A DNA stretch of 64,000 bases from positions 1,293,949 to 1,357,948 of the forward strand of contig CAVWMB010000006.1 in the NCBI GenBank assembly GCA_963756015.1. The letters run 5' to 3'. This DNA is from an uncultured Acidobacteriota bacterium (GTDB taxonomy: Bacteria > Acidobacteriota > Terriglobia > Terriglobales > Acidobacteriaceae). Below, in pieces: positions 53,248 through 62,808 of the stretch. A model generated the notes under the pieces. It searched no databases. It saw nothing but the letters and a program-made list of their open reading frames with translations, and was not told the DNA's origin. The stretch's first letter is position 1; each line of letters starts with the position of its first letter. The translations under genes and the position numbers were made by a program.

Positions 53248-54147
53248 CTACTTCCCATCCTTTGCCGCGAAATCCACCAACTGCTTCAAACTCGCAGCCG
53301 GAACCTGACTAACATTTCCGATGCTCCGTCCGTTGATGAAAAGAGTGGGTGTGCCGGTCACGTTCAAGGCTTTGCCCAGCGCCAGTGAAGCATCCACATG
53401 CGCCGTCGCTGTTGGAGTACTCGCGCAGGCGGCGACCACTGCGCCTTTCACCCCGGCGGCGTCGGCCAGCGCAGTAAGCTTTTCATCGGCATTAGCGGCG
53501 GTGATATCGGCTTGCGCTTCATACGTCTTGGCGATGAACTTCCAGAAAGCGTCGTTGGATGTTTGGGCAACGCAGTCGGCGTAAGCCGCGCCCTTCGCCG
53601 CCCAGTTATGCATATCGAGAGGAAAATTCTGAAACACGAAACGCGCATCCGGTTCAGATGCAATGAGCGTTTCAATTGCGGGTTGTGCCGCCTTGCAGGC
53701 TGGGCACTGCAGATCGCCGAACTCCACAACCGTGACCGGCGCGTCTTTCGGCCCGCGCGAGGGGCCGTTCATACCCTTTTCCAGTGCCTTCTTCGCGGGA
53801 TCAAATGGCCGGGCGCCAAACGGAATGATTTCGCCCACAACCGCATGCTCGCCATCCGCCGAAACGTAGAACCGACTGAATTGCTGGCCTTGGGGAGTGG
53901 CAAGCACTACATCCACTTCCGCCAATCCCGGCACGGCTGCCGGCTTGATGCTCGAAATTTTCCAACTCACCTGCGGCTCGTATCCAAAGGTCTGTTGCAT
54001 GAAGGAATCGACGGTCGCCTCGGAAGGAAGATTGGCGGCAGATGCCGACTCTGGCTTACCGGCGGACTTGGCTGCGCCCGCGGATTGTGCCCCAGCCAGA
54101 CCGTACATCAGGAGAAAAACGAATATCAGTTTAATAAGACTGCGCAT
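53248..54147 (-). CDS. DsbA-family thiol:disulfide oxidoreductase, secreted
   Basis: Signal peptide MRSLIKLIFVFLLMYGLAGAQ and thioredoxin-fold active site FGDLQCPACK. Confidence 0.8.
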   Translation of the reverse strand: MRSLIKLIFVFLLMYGLAGAQSAGAAKSAGKPESASAANLPSEATVDSFMQQTFGYEPQVSWKISSIKPAAVPGLAEVDVVLATPQGQQFSRFYVSADGEHAVVGEIIPFGARPFDPAKKALEKGMNGPSRGPKDAPVTVVEFGDLQCPACKAAQPAIETLIASEPDARFVFQNFPLDMHNWAAKGAAYADCVAQTSNDAFWKFIAKTYEAQADITAANADEKLTALADAAGVKGAVVAACASTPTATAHVDASLALGKALNVTGTPTLFINGRSIGNVSQVPAASLKQLVDFAAKDGK

Positions 54148-54203
54148 GGCTTCCTTTCGATTCAGGTGTGAAGCAAGACCACTGGGAATATCTGACTAAT
54201 CGT

Positions 54204-55844
54204 TCATGGCTCGCTTTTAGCCGCGATGGGAAAGCGGCGGCCGTAACCGAATGCCTTGGGAGAAATCTTAATCCCTGGCGCAGCCTGCTGTCGCTTGTAC
54301 TCGGCGCGATCCACCATTCGCACGACCCGCCGCACCACATCAATGTCGAAGCCGCGATCTGCGGCAATGCGTTCGGCAGAGTGCGCGTCCTCCACGTAAT
54401 CCTCGAGTACAGCGTCGAGAATCTCATAGGGCGGAAGCGAATCGCTATCTCTCTGGTCCGGCCGCAACTCCGCCGATGGCGGCTTCTCCAGAGTATTTCG
54501 CGGAATTACTTGCCGGCGCGAATTCGCATAGTGACTGAGCCGGTATACCAACGTTTTCGGCACGTCGGAGATCACCGCCAGTCCGCCCACCATGTCTCCG
54601 TAAAGTGTACAGTAGCCTACGCCCAGTTCGCTTTTGTTGCCGGTGGAAAGAACAATGGCGCCGAACTTGTTGGAGAGAGCCATGAGCAGCGTTCCTCTGG
54701 CGCGCGACTGGATATTCTCTTCGGTAACATCTTCCTTCTCCCCCGCAAACACCTTCTGCAAAGTTTGCCGGTAAGCTTCAAAGACGCCATTGATCGAGAG
54801 CAACTCGAAGCGTATGCCGAGATTTCCAGCCAGGGCCCGGGCATCTTCAATCGATCCCCGCGAAGAAAAAGGACCCGGCATGCCCACTCCAATCACATTT
54901 TCTGCGCCCACGGCATCAACTGCAATCACCGCGGTTAGGGCGGAATCAATCCCTCCGCTAAGGCCGATGATGGCTTTCTGAAAACCGCACTTATGCATGT
55001 AATCCCGCGTCCCCAAAACCAAAGCAGCGTAGACGCTGGCCTCCTCGCCTTCGACTTGCCCGTGAAAATCTCCCGCAAGAGTTTTCGAATCGAAATAAAT
55101 AAGATCTTCCTCGAAGGAACGCCCTTGCGCGACGATCTTGCCGTCCGCGTTCAAAACGATGCTGGAACCGTCGAAGATCAGGCTGTCGTTGCCTCCAACC
55201 TGATTGACCATGGCTACCGGAACTTTATGCTGGCGGGCTATGGAGGCAAGCATGTCGCGGCGCAATTCGCGCTTGCCAATCCAGAATGGCGATGCGGAAA
55301 TATTCAGAACGAAATTACCCCCGGCCCGGATGAGAGCATCTACAGGATCAACCGTGTACAGGCGCTTAGGCCAGAATAGCTTGTCGTTCCAGGCATCTTC
55401 GCAGATGGTGAGCGCGACTTGATTGCCACACAGCGGAACCAGATTCTGATTCTTTGCAGGAGCGAAGTTGCGCATTTCGTCAAAAACGTCATAGGTGGGC
55501 AGCAGCATCTTCGACTGCACGAATGCGATTTTGCCATCTCGCAGCCAAGCTGCCGAGTTCATGACTGACTTGCCGGTCTCCGATTCGGCCGGAGTGACCA
55601 GCCCGCAAATGACGGAGATGCCGCGCGTGGCAGCGGCGATCTGCTCGGCCGTCTCCCGATTGCGCGCAACAAACGACGGGCGCTCGACCAGGTCGCGAGG
55701 CGGGTAGCCGCAGACCGACAACTCCGGAAACAAGATCAGTTCTGCGCCGCTCGCCTGGGCGCGACGGGAGAATTCAATGTGTTTCCCGGCGTTGCCGGAG
55801 AAATCTCCAACCGTAGGATTGATTTGGCCAAGCGCGATCTTCAC
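54204..55844 (-). CDS. nadE: glutamine-dependent NAD+ synthetase
   Basis: The N-terminal CN-hydrolase domain has the first residues MKIALGQINPTVGD and the later segment ICEDAW. The C-terminal synthetase domain carries the P-loop GLSGGIDSAL. Confidence 0.93.
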   Translation of the reverse strand: MKIALGQINPTVGDFSGNAGKHIEFSRRAQASGAELILFPELSVCGYPPRDLVERPSFVARNRETAEQIAAATRGISVICGLVTPAESETGKSVMNSAAWLRDGKIAFVQSKMLLPTYDVFDEMRNFAPAKNQNLVPLCGNQVALTICEDAWNDKLFWPKRLYTVDPVDALIRAGGNFVLNISASPFWIGKRELRRDMLASIARQHKVPVAMVNQVGGNDSLIFDGSSIVLNADGKIVAQGRSFEEDLIYFDSKTLAGDFHGQVEGEEASVYAALVLGTRDYMHKCGFQKAIIGLSGGIDSALTAVIAVDAVGAENVIGVGMPGPFSSRGSIEDARALAGNLGIRFELLSINGVFEAYRQTLQKVFAGEKEDVTEENIQSRARGTLLMALSNKFGAIVLSTGNKSELGVGYCTLYGDMVGGLAVISDVPKTLVYRLSHYANSRRQVIPRNTLEKPPSAELRPDQRDSDSLPPYEILDAVLEDYVEDAHSAERIAADRGFDIDVVRRVVRMVDRAEYKRQQAAPGIKISPKAFGYGRRFPIAAKSEP

Positions 55845-55975
55845 TCATTTAGTGTAAGGCCGAGGGTTCGCGGCGGCCAAGTTGCGCCATTCCTCCGGCG
55901 AAGGAGCTTCAGGTCCGCACGAATGTGCGATCCATTTTCAATACGCGTGGAGTCGAATTGAACGTTTGTCCCGGC

Positions 55976-57343
55976 TCACATCGGCTTGGTGGCCGCCATT
56001 GACGCGCTGGCTGCCAGGCTTGCCCCCAATGGAGCGATCTTGGCAGGTTCTGCCGCGGGCGATTTCGAACACAGCTCCACCGCCTCGGTCATGTTTTGAG
56101 TCTCCTGCTCCTTTGCCGTCACCCAATTTCCGAATCTGGCTTTATCCCGGGCGACGCTCTCAAGGTTACGGCTGATGCGCGCTGAATAATGGGCTTTTAT
56201 GCTTTCCAGTTCGGCCTGAATCTGGACAACTTCTTCGGCCTTACGCGCCCATTCCGCCTCAGCCTGTTTTTTCTGTTCGGCCTCGTAGGAATCGAGCGCT
56301 TCCTGACGCGCGTTGGCGTCCCGCTGCACTTGGTCGATGGAGATGCCGGCGGCGTCGAGCGCCATGAGCACCGCTGCGCGCTTCATCTCCTTTGCGAGGC
56401 CGCGAATGTGCTCGCTGCCCAGCATCTCGACCACTTTGTTCACACTGTATCCCTTGCGCGGACTCACAATGCCGGCGGCACGGTAGATATCCTCCACGGG
56501 CAACAGTTCGACTTGAAACGTGGGGACCTCGCGCGCGGAATGTGCCGGCGTCCTTTCAGCGGGCTGAGTTGTGTTTTGCATAAAATTCTCCTTATCGCTT
56601 CTGCCGCTGCCATTTTGGTCGTCGCTTGCGCTGGCATCGTCGTGCTGATTGCGCCAAGCGGCAAGTCCGAGCCATTTGTATGCCATACGATTCCTTCCCT
56701 TATCAGCTTCTCTTCGCTTTGTGATCCGATTCGTACGCGGTTCGGTCTGGCGAGGAGCATCGAAGTCTTGAGAACGCGATGTGCGGTTGCGGCCCTTTAT
56801 CTCGCGCAAGACGCCTGCCCTGTGAACTTGCCGCACAGGGGCCGAGCCGTATCTGGCGCTTGACTGTATTGGCGTGCTGTTGAACCGCGGGATTTCAGGG
56901 ACTCCGATGGACTTCGGCTCCTGACGCCGCGGCCAGGCCTGAACAGAAGATTTCGATGCCGGAAGGTCGGCGGTTACGGGTTCGACGTTTTGCCCCGCCG
57001 CGGCTCGGGGATCAATATTTTTCGCGTGGGGCGGCTGCTCGCTGTCGGTGGCAGCCTGATGGCCGGGCATCGGAACGGTGCTGGCATCCCGCCGAACACC
57101 CACAAGGTACTCGCGACCCTCGCTGCGACAATATTTCACAATGCCGGAGAAGTGCTCGAAGCGCCACTGAATTCCCAGCCTCGACCCCGGCGCGATTGCG
57201 CTTTTAACGCGAATACATGCCCCGTTCGCCGACTTGTCTTCCATGCGTGCCCGAAGCGTTTGCCAACCGCCGCCTTGATCTTCCCACGACACTTCGACCA
57301 GGATCATGACTGGCGTGCGTAGCTCCGGCGTCGCTGCGCTCAT
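55976..57343 (-). CDS. PilZ-like N-terminal domain protein with disordered linker and coiled-coil C-terminal domain
   Basis: The N-terminus VMILVEVSWEDQGGGWQTLRARMEDKSANGACIRVKSAIAPGSRLGIQWRFEHFSGIVKYCR resembles a PilZ beta-barrel. A linker of roughly 200 aa rich in Pro/Ser/Arg/Gln follows. The C-terminus is helical (EAEQKKQAEAEWARKAEEVVQIQAELESIKAHY). The start is uncertain; the ORF is open to 57469. Confidence 0.55.
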   Translation of the reverse strand: MSAATPELRTPVMILVEVSWEDQGGGWQTLRARMEDKSANGACIRVKSAIAPGSRLGIQWRFEHFSGIVKYCRSEGREYLVGVRRDASTVPMPGHQAATDSEQPPHAKNIDPRAAAGQNVEPVTADLPASKSSVQAWPRRQEPKSIGVPEIPRFNSTPIQSSARYGSAPVRQVHRAGVLREIKGRNRTSRSQDFDAPRQTEPRTNRITKRREADKGRNRMAYKWLGLAAWRNQHDDASASDDQNGSGRSDKENFMQNTTQPAERTPAHSAREVPTFQVELLPVEDIYRAAGIVSPRKGYSVNKVVEMLGSEHIRGLAKEMKRAAVLMALDAAGISIDQVQRDANARQEALDSYEAEQKKQAEAEWARKAEEVVQIQAELESIKAHYSARISRNLESVARDKARFGNWVTAKEQETQNMTEAVELCSKSPAAEPAKIAPLGASLAASASMAATKPM

Positions 57344-57537
57344 GAAAAATCTATCGGCAAGAAATAAAACGAGTCCAGAGCCCGGCGGATTTCCTGAACT
57401 GGTAGAGCAGTCGTAGTTTCCCGTTATGGGTCGTTCGGCCCTGCAATCTATTTCGCGCGGTGGACGCACCCCGCGGAAGTATCACTTCTGCCGACAGTGA
57501 CAAAACGCGTTGCGCGATTTTGCGCAGGCAATAAACT

Positions 57538-57570
57538 GGGCCGCCTTGCGGCGGCCCAGTCGGTCGATAT
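57538..57570 (-). terminator. terminator hairpin after the S53 peptidase gene
   Basis: Perfect 11-bp stem actgggccgcc/ggcggcccagt (57545-57555 / 57560-57570) with loop ttgc. On the minus strand it is followed by tttattg. It lies 23 nt past the stop. Confidence 0.55.
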
Positions 57571-57592
57571 TACGATCGCGGTCTCGAGACGA

Positions 57593-59686
57593 TTATTTCG
57601 AGAGCTTCACGACCTGGTTGATGAAGGGCACGGCAACCGGGGTGCCGACGCCGGTCACGTCGTCCCATCCCGGGCCCGTTGTAAGTGACGAGTCGGTGCC
57701 GAACGTGAACACGTCCCAACGAGTGGAAGTTGAGCTGTTGAACAACGCGCTCACGTAGTTTTTGGTGCCGTCCAGCGGAGCGGCCAAGGCATTGGGAGTC
57801 TCAAACAGAGGAGCGCTCGGTGGATTGAAAATGACGCCAGCCACGTTGAACGGTGAGCTGACATCGGTGACGTCGGTGATTGCGCTGCTGTTCAGTTGGT
57901 ACACGTAAGGCGCAGCCTGTCCCAGCGGAACTCCCGCTGCCTGATTGGCAATGGCCCATAATCCGGAGAACATCGGGCAGGAAAGGCTGGTTCCGCCAAA
58001 TACTTCTACAAACTGTGGATCGCCGGGGATTTGATCTGGCGTAATAATGATCTCGACTCCGGTTTCGGGATCGGCGTTCATCGAGATGTCAGGCACTTTG
58101 CGGAACTTCCCCTTCAAACCTTTTTGGAAGGATGGTTTGGCAAAGTAGGCACTGGTCCCGCCACCGGCTCCGAAGACGAAACCCAGAGAAAGTGGAGGAA
58201 CGGTGGGAGGATTCGGGGTGGGTTCTGCAATGCGAGTTTCGTTCAGACCCCAACCCGTCTGGAAGTTGATGGTGTTGTTCTTTTTGAGGAAGGTGCTGGT
58301 GCCGCCAACCGCAGTCGCAAACGGCGAACTGGATCCGGCTTCAACCGATACCGAGTCGATGCCATAGTCCGCTTGATCGACCGCCAGGAAATCGCCGTCA
58401 TCACCAGTGGAGATATCCTGTGAGATGCCCAGGGCCGCCGCGATCTCAGAGATCCCGTTCTCGACCACCAGTTCTGAGGGCAGGAACTCGATCAGCGCGA
58501 CCTCCGAAATTCCGAAGCTGTTCGAGACCACGTTGCCCAGCAGGTTCTCAATAGCAAAAAGGTTTCCGATATCGAGATTGGTAAAGGAGTTGTCCGCGGT
58601 AAGCACCAGCGCGATACTGGCGCCCGGCGCAATTGAGTGTGCCCACTCGACGTCCAGGGTGGTTTCATCCTGCCAGTTTCCGGCCATGCAGTCCGCACCG
58701 CAGTTTACCGGACCGTTGGGCGTGTAGATTTGAAAATTGGTGGAAGTAAGCGCCGGAAGCCCATTCAAGGAAGAGAATGTATTGGCATCGTCGACAATGG
58801 TATTCGAGCCGTAGGCATCGACGATTACGATCGTCTGTCCGGTGCCGTCCCAGCCTTTGCTATACGCCTTGTTCAGGCCGTATGCGGTTTGCAGTTCGGC
58901 GGAATCATAGCCGCATGGTGGAAGGTTCGGCGGACCCGATGTGATGTCGGAGCCGTAACGGTTGCCAAAATAAACTGCGAAGGGAGCCCCGCCACCGGTA
59001 GTGAAGGTTTGCGTCTCCGGTGCCCGGAAACAATTCGCATTGTAGAACAACCCGTTGGGGTTAACGCCGGAAGTGAGCTGAACTCCGTTGTAAGGAAGAC
59101 CAGTATCCAAATCCCTGGCTGGAACCGCGTTGGTGGCATACGCCAAGTCACTCACTTGTACGGCCGAGACTACGGCGCCAGCGGGTCCGGCAACTGCGGG
59201 CGTTGACGTGGCTGCGCGATGCACCGTTCCCTTAACGTTAAAACGGTTGATCTGAACGTTCAAAGCATTTTGAACGTCTCCTACACGGCCAGTAGCAGTC
59301 ACATAGTGATTGTTCTTCTCAGTCGAGGTAACAGCCAGATTGTGCGAGGCCAGAAAATTCCTTACCAGAGCGGCATCCGAATCCGCCGGCGCAAACTTCG
59401 CCTTGTACTGCGCCATGGTGAGCCAGTGATGAAATTGCGGCGAACTCTGGTCGTACATATCTTTCACCAATCCATCCAGAGTCGCCTTGTTGCGCTGTTG
59501 CAGCCAAACTGTAACCGTGATTGGTTTGGTTAGATCTTCCGGGCCCAGGTCCTGCTTGCTCCCTACCATCGAGTGTGAACCGCCAGATTTCAGTTGAGAG
59601 AATGCAAAAGGCGTTAGCAATGTAAGAGCTGCCAGCAGAATGGAAACTCCCCTACCAGTCTGCGACTGACTGCGACGAGTGAACAT
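57593..59686 (-). CDS. S53 (sedolisin/kumamolisin-like) serine peptidase, secreted
   Basis: Signal peptide GVSILLAALTLLTPFAFSQ and pro-kumamolisin-type activation segment VWLQQRNKATLDGLVKDMYDQSSPQFHHWLT...FLASHNLAV. The catalytic Ser context is FGGTSLSCPMFSGLWA. An AAGGAG Shine-Dalgarno sits 8 nt upstream of the ATG. Confidence 0.85.
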   Translation of the reverse strand: MFTRRSQSQTGRGVSILLAALTLLTPFAFSQLKSGGSHSMVGSKQDLGPEDLTKPITVTVWLQQRNKATLDGLVKDMYDQSSPQFHHWLTMAQYKAKFAPADSDAALVRNFLASHNLAVTSTEKNNHYVTATGRVGDVQNALNVQINRFNVKGTVHRAATSTPAVAGPAGAVVSAVQVSDLAYATNAVPARDLDTGLPYNGVQLTSGVNPNGLFYNANCFRAPETQTFTTGGGAPFAVYFGNRYGSDITSGPPNLPPCGYDSAELQTAYGLNKAYSKGWDGTGQTIVIVDAYGSNTIVDDANTFSSLNGLPALTSTNFQIYTPNGPVNCGADCMAGNWQDETTLDVEWAHSIAPGASIALVLTADNSFTNLDIGNLFAIENLLGNVVSNSFGISEVALIEFLPSELVVENGISEIAAALGISQDISTGDDGDFLAVDQADYGIDSVSVEAGSSSPFATAVGGTSTFLKKNNTINFQTGWGLNETRIAEPTPNPPTVPPLSLGFVFGAGGGTSAYFAKPSFQKGLKGKFRKVPDISMNADPETGVEIIITPDQIPGDPQFVEVFGGTSLSCPMFSGLWAIANQAAGVPLGQAAPYVYQLNSSAITDVTDVSSPFNVAGVIFNPPSAPLFETPNALAAPLDGTKNYVSALFNSSTSTRWDVFTFGTDSSLTTGPGWDDVTGVGTPVAVPFINQVVKLSK

Positions 59687-59816
59687 GGGTAAATCTCCTT
59701 CGGGACGCGCGAGTAAAGCGCCTGTCTTTGCCCGTCAGAAGCCTGAAGTGGCGGGCGCGCCAAGTCTGTCATCAGTAACTATAGCTGTCAAGCATCTGCC
59801 GTCTTTATTTGGAAAT

Positions 59817-59834
59817 TTGACAAATGCTTGACAA
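59817..59834 (-). promoter_or_regulatory. Pho-box-like direct repeat (TTGTCAA-gcat-TTGTCAA on the gene strand)
   Basis: An identical heptamer is repeated with an 11-bp period (7+4+7) and carries the TGTCA core. It lies 131-148 nt upstream of the S53 peptidase ATG. Confidence 0.4.
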
Positions 59835-59911
59835 CTCCCGTGCGCAGACTTTTTCACACTTGGATTGTTTCGCTTTCGGAACGTAGCTGATCGGGAGTCA
59901 GATCTAAAAGT

Positions 59912-59951
59912 CCGCCGCCGAGATTTCTGCTTCGGTCCCGGCGGCGGTTTT
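59912..59951 (-). terminator. possible (bidirectional) terminator after the phosphoesterase fusion gene
   Basis: 9-bp GC stem ccgccgccg/cggcggcgg (59912-59920 / 59939-59947) with an 18-nt loop. It is flanked by cttttag on the minus strand and tttta on the plus strand. Confidence 0.4.
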
Positions 59952-59979
59952 ACTTGCCGTCACTATTGTTGGGAAGCAG

Positions 59980-62808
59980 CTAATCTCCGTCGGCTGGAAA
60001 AACCGTGTGCCTGGGTGCAGGCATAGGGACGTCGCCTTTCTGATCACGCCATAGGACCTTGTTGAGCCCCGCCGCGCCGGCCGCGTCGGGACGAGAGAAA
60101 TCCATCCTGGCTGATTCACTGGCTCCTGCGGCGTCGCGTTTGTTGATCTCGTAGATCAGACCATTTTTCAGATTTTGCCGGTCGGCTTGGTACGGGGGCT
60201 GGTTTCCCGGACCGGAGAAAATCGGCCCCATGACAGGAGCGTAGGCGTCGTTCTGGTTCATGGGGGGCAGGCCAAGCAGCATTTCCATGGTATGAATCAT
60301 GTTGACGGTGGTGTAGAAGCGATGGTCGACGTAGGGCTCTGCGGCCGTTCCCGGAGAATACTTGCTGACAACGAGGGCGATGGAGCGGTGGGCGTCGACA
60401 TGGTCGGCACCGTTCTGCGCATCATCCTCCAGGATAAAGATAGCCGTATCGTCCCAGTACGGGCTGTGGGAAACGGCTTCAACCACGCGCCCGACCGCCA
60501 GATCATTATCGGCAACTGAGGCTGCCGGACGCGGCCGTTCCGGCCTCGTCCCCCCGGTGTGATCGTCGGGAAGATAGAGCAGGACGAAGGCCGGGAGTTG
60601 GAAATCGGCGCTCTCATTCTCCTGACGGGCACGCACGTAGGCGCCGAACTCGTTCATGAATTCGTCGGTGCGAAGCTGATCGGGATAATCGGTATTGAAA
60701 TCGGGATAGAGCGGATCGAAGTGATCGCGCAGCACAGCCTTGGTGGCCCGGACCCGTTTGAACAACGGAACCGCCCACGGCCAAGGGCTTGGGGCGCCGT
60801 GCGGATCACCGACATTGGACGCCAGTTCCTCCCCTTGCGGGACTTCGGTGCGCGGGCACGGTGCCTCAAGACTGGACGGAGTTCCCTGCCGCGGAGAGGC
60901 CGCTTTACGGATTTTGTTGCACCACTCGGCATCAACGAATTCTCCGTAGTCGCGATAGCTCAGGCCGTGGTGCGCCAGGTTATCCCATAGGAAGCCGGTG
61001 GACGGATCGTCGATGTCGGGCTGGTTATGCTCGAGCGGGAACTCGCCCGCAACTGAACCCTGGAAGTCATACGTGCGCTCCTTGCCGCGATAAGCGATTT
61101 GCCAGGTTTCCTCGTTGTAGTCGCTGGTAATTGCCGCGGTTGACCAGAGATGGCCATCGCCCGAAACTTCTCCGCTGTCATAAAAATTATCGAGCACTCC
61201 GAATCGCAAAGCCAGCTTGTGCTCGTTGGGCGTGATGTCAGCGCCGTAGAGCGTGAGCGACGGGTCGCCATCGCCCACCTTCAGATCGCCGAACACCTGA
61301 TCATATGCGCGGTTTTCCTTGATGATGTAGATCACGTGCCGGATGGGATTCTTGCCGCCGGCGAAGGAGATTTCGCCGGGGTTGTTGTGCAACAGATTGT
61401 CCTGCTCAACAATGCGGGTGAATTCGTCGAGCTTGCCAAGCGTGGCCGGAATGTTCAGGCGCGCGATTGATCCCCGCAGCAGCGTCGCAATGTAGGGATG
61501 ATCGTGATGCTTGGTTTCCCACGCGGTCTTGCCCATACCTTTGTTTGGCCCCGTGCCTCGGCCCTTGGCGCTCGTGATCAAGAGATTCTCGCCTTGAACC
61601 GCGAGCGCGCTGGGATACCAGTCGGTGGGGATAAAGCCGAGCGGCGCCTGCGACGTGTTGTCGGGCAACTGCGGACCGTGGGCAACGGCGGACACATCGA
61701 GAACTTCAACTGCGTTAAGCGAGGCATCGGCGACAAACAGGCGGTTGCCATCCGCCGATTGAGCCAGGGCTATCGGATACGCCCCGGCAAATTTCTGATC
61801 CCTCGACCTGGTCGGAAGCATGTTAAGCGGCAGACCGGTGTCGGTCGCGACCACCGCGACTGCGTCCGCATTCGACAATGCCACGTAGAGCGACTTCTCA
61901 TCGGGACTCAATAACATTGCGGTTGGGTGGGAGCCCGGGGCAATCGGGTCATCGGGCTCTTTTAACTTAATCCAGCGAACGACTTGGCCGATGGTTAAAT
62001 CGAGCTCCGCAACCCGGGATGCGTTCCATAAGCTGCACCATGCGCGCCGGCCATCGCGAGTGGCCACCACGGTGTAAGGAAATGCCGAGGGCACCAGGTC
62101 ATTGGTGCTGAGATCGAAGCGCTCAAGAATTTTTCCGCTTGCCGCATCGAGCATCACCACATTGTCGGAGAGATTATTGGCAACCAGAAGACGGTCATGA
62201 TGCTTGTCGCGCTCTGGCAGCAACACCAGCCCGGCAGGATAAGCGAGGGCGCTGCCCGGCGGAGCGTGCTGCAACTCGGTTGCAACTTTTTTTCCTGCCG
62301 CTAGCGCTTGCGCTGCTATGGCGATGAATCGTTCGGGCGCGATTTTACCATCCTTGAACTTGTAGACCGCGATGCCGTTACCCGTATCTTCGGGCTTTTC
62401 GCCAGCCGGATCGGTAATTGAGCCCACCGAAGCGTAAAGATGCTTGCCGTCACCGCCGAACACCAGCCCGAGAAAATAACTTTGGTGCGCGTGGTCGCTA
62501 AAGCGGGCGTCTGGAAAGTCGCGGAGCTGATTGGTTTTTAAATTGAGGATTGCGATCGATTGCGTCGCCAAAGTTTCCTGGGTGCCATAGCCGTCGTTCA
62601 ACAGCGCGGCGTAACGGCCATCCCGGCTGATGGCAATGGTCGCGGGAAAGCTGTTGGTACTGCCGACGCGACCCGGCGCCGGAACCGTCAATCGCTTGCT
62701 GGTGGGAAGCGGGATCGATGAAGATTCGGGTTGGCGTTGCTGCGCGGGAAGCACATTCTGAAACGCAAAAAATACAATCACGAAAACAACGAGGGACAAT
62801 CGGGTCAC
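59980..62808 (-). CDS. beta-propeller (YncE/YVTN-like) + phosphoesterase (phospholipase C / AcpA family) fusion protein, secreted
   Basis: The phosphoesterase signature NPIRHVIYIIKENRAYDQVFGDL lies in the C-terminal half, and the N-terminal half is a repeat-rich propeller-like region. I chose the GTG at 62808 (MTRLSLVVFVIVFFAFQ), preceded by GGAGG with 4-nt spacing. The ORF is open to 62829. Confidence 0.85.
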   Translation of the reverse strand: MTRLSLVVFVIVFFAFQNVLPAQQRQPESSSIPLPTSKRLTVPAPGRVGSTNSFPATIAISRDGRYAALLNDGYGTQETLATQSIAILNLKTNQLRDFPDARFSDHAHQSYFLGLVFGGDGKHLYASVGSITDPAGEKPEDTGNGIAVYKFKDGKIAPERFIAIAAQALAAGKKVATELQHAPPGSALAYPAGLVLLPERDKHHDRLLVANNLSDNVVMLDAASGKILERFDLSTNDLVPSAFPYTVVATRDGRRAWCSLWNASRVAELDLTIGQVVRWIKLKEPDDPIAPGSHPTAMLLSPDEKSLYVALSNADAVAVVATDTGLPLNMLPTRSRDQKFAGAYPIALAQSADGNRLFVADASLNAVEVLDVSAVAHGPQLPDNTSQAPLGFIPTDWYPSALAVQGENLLITSAKGRGTGPNKGMGKTAWETKHHDHPYIATLLRGSIARLNIPATLGKLDEFTRIVEQDNLLHNNPGEISFAGGKNPIRHVIYIIKENRAYDQVFGDLKVGDGDPSLTLYGADITPNEHKLALRFGVLDNFYDSGEVSGDGHLWSTAAITSDYNEETWQIAYRGKERTYDFQGSVAGEFPLEHNQPDIDDPSTGFLWDNLAHHGLSYRDYGEFVDAEWCNKIRKAASPRQGTPSSLEAPCPRTEVPQGEELASNVGDPHGAPSPWPWAVPLFKRVRATKAVLRDHFDPLYPDFNTDYPDQLRTDEFMNEFGAYVRARQENESADFQLPAFVLLYLPDDHTGGTRPERPRPAASVADNDLAVGRVVEAVSHSPYWDDTAIFILEDDAQNGADHVDAHRSIALVVSKYSPGTAAEPYVDHRFYTTVNMIHTMEMLLGLPPMNQNDAYAPVMGPIFSGPGNQPPYQADRQNLKNGLIYEINKRDAAGASESARMDFSRPDAAGAAGLNKVLWRDQKGDVPMPAPRHTVFPADGD

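Noticed and set aside
59817-59834. Reading the two TTGACA hexamers as sigma-70 -35 boxes for a plus-strand promoter.
   Set aside because: No acceptable -10 lies 16-18 nt downstream of either copy, and there is no plus-strand gene downstream, since that strand runs antisense into the phosphoesterase gene. The 11-bp-period direct-repeat interpretation on the S53 gene strand fits better.
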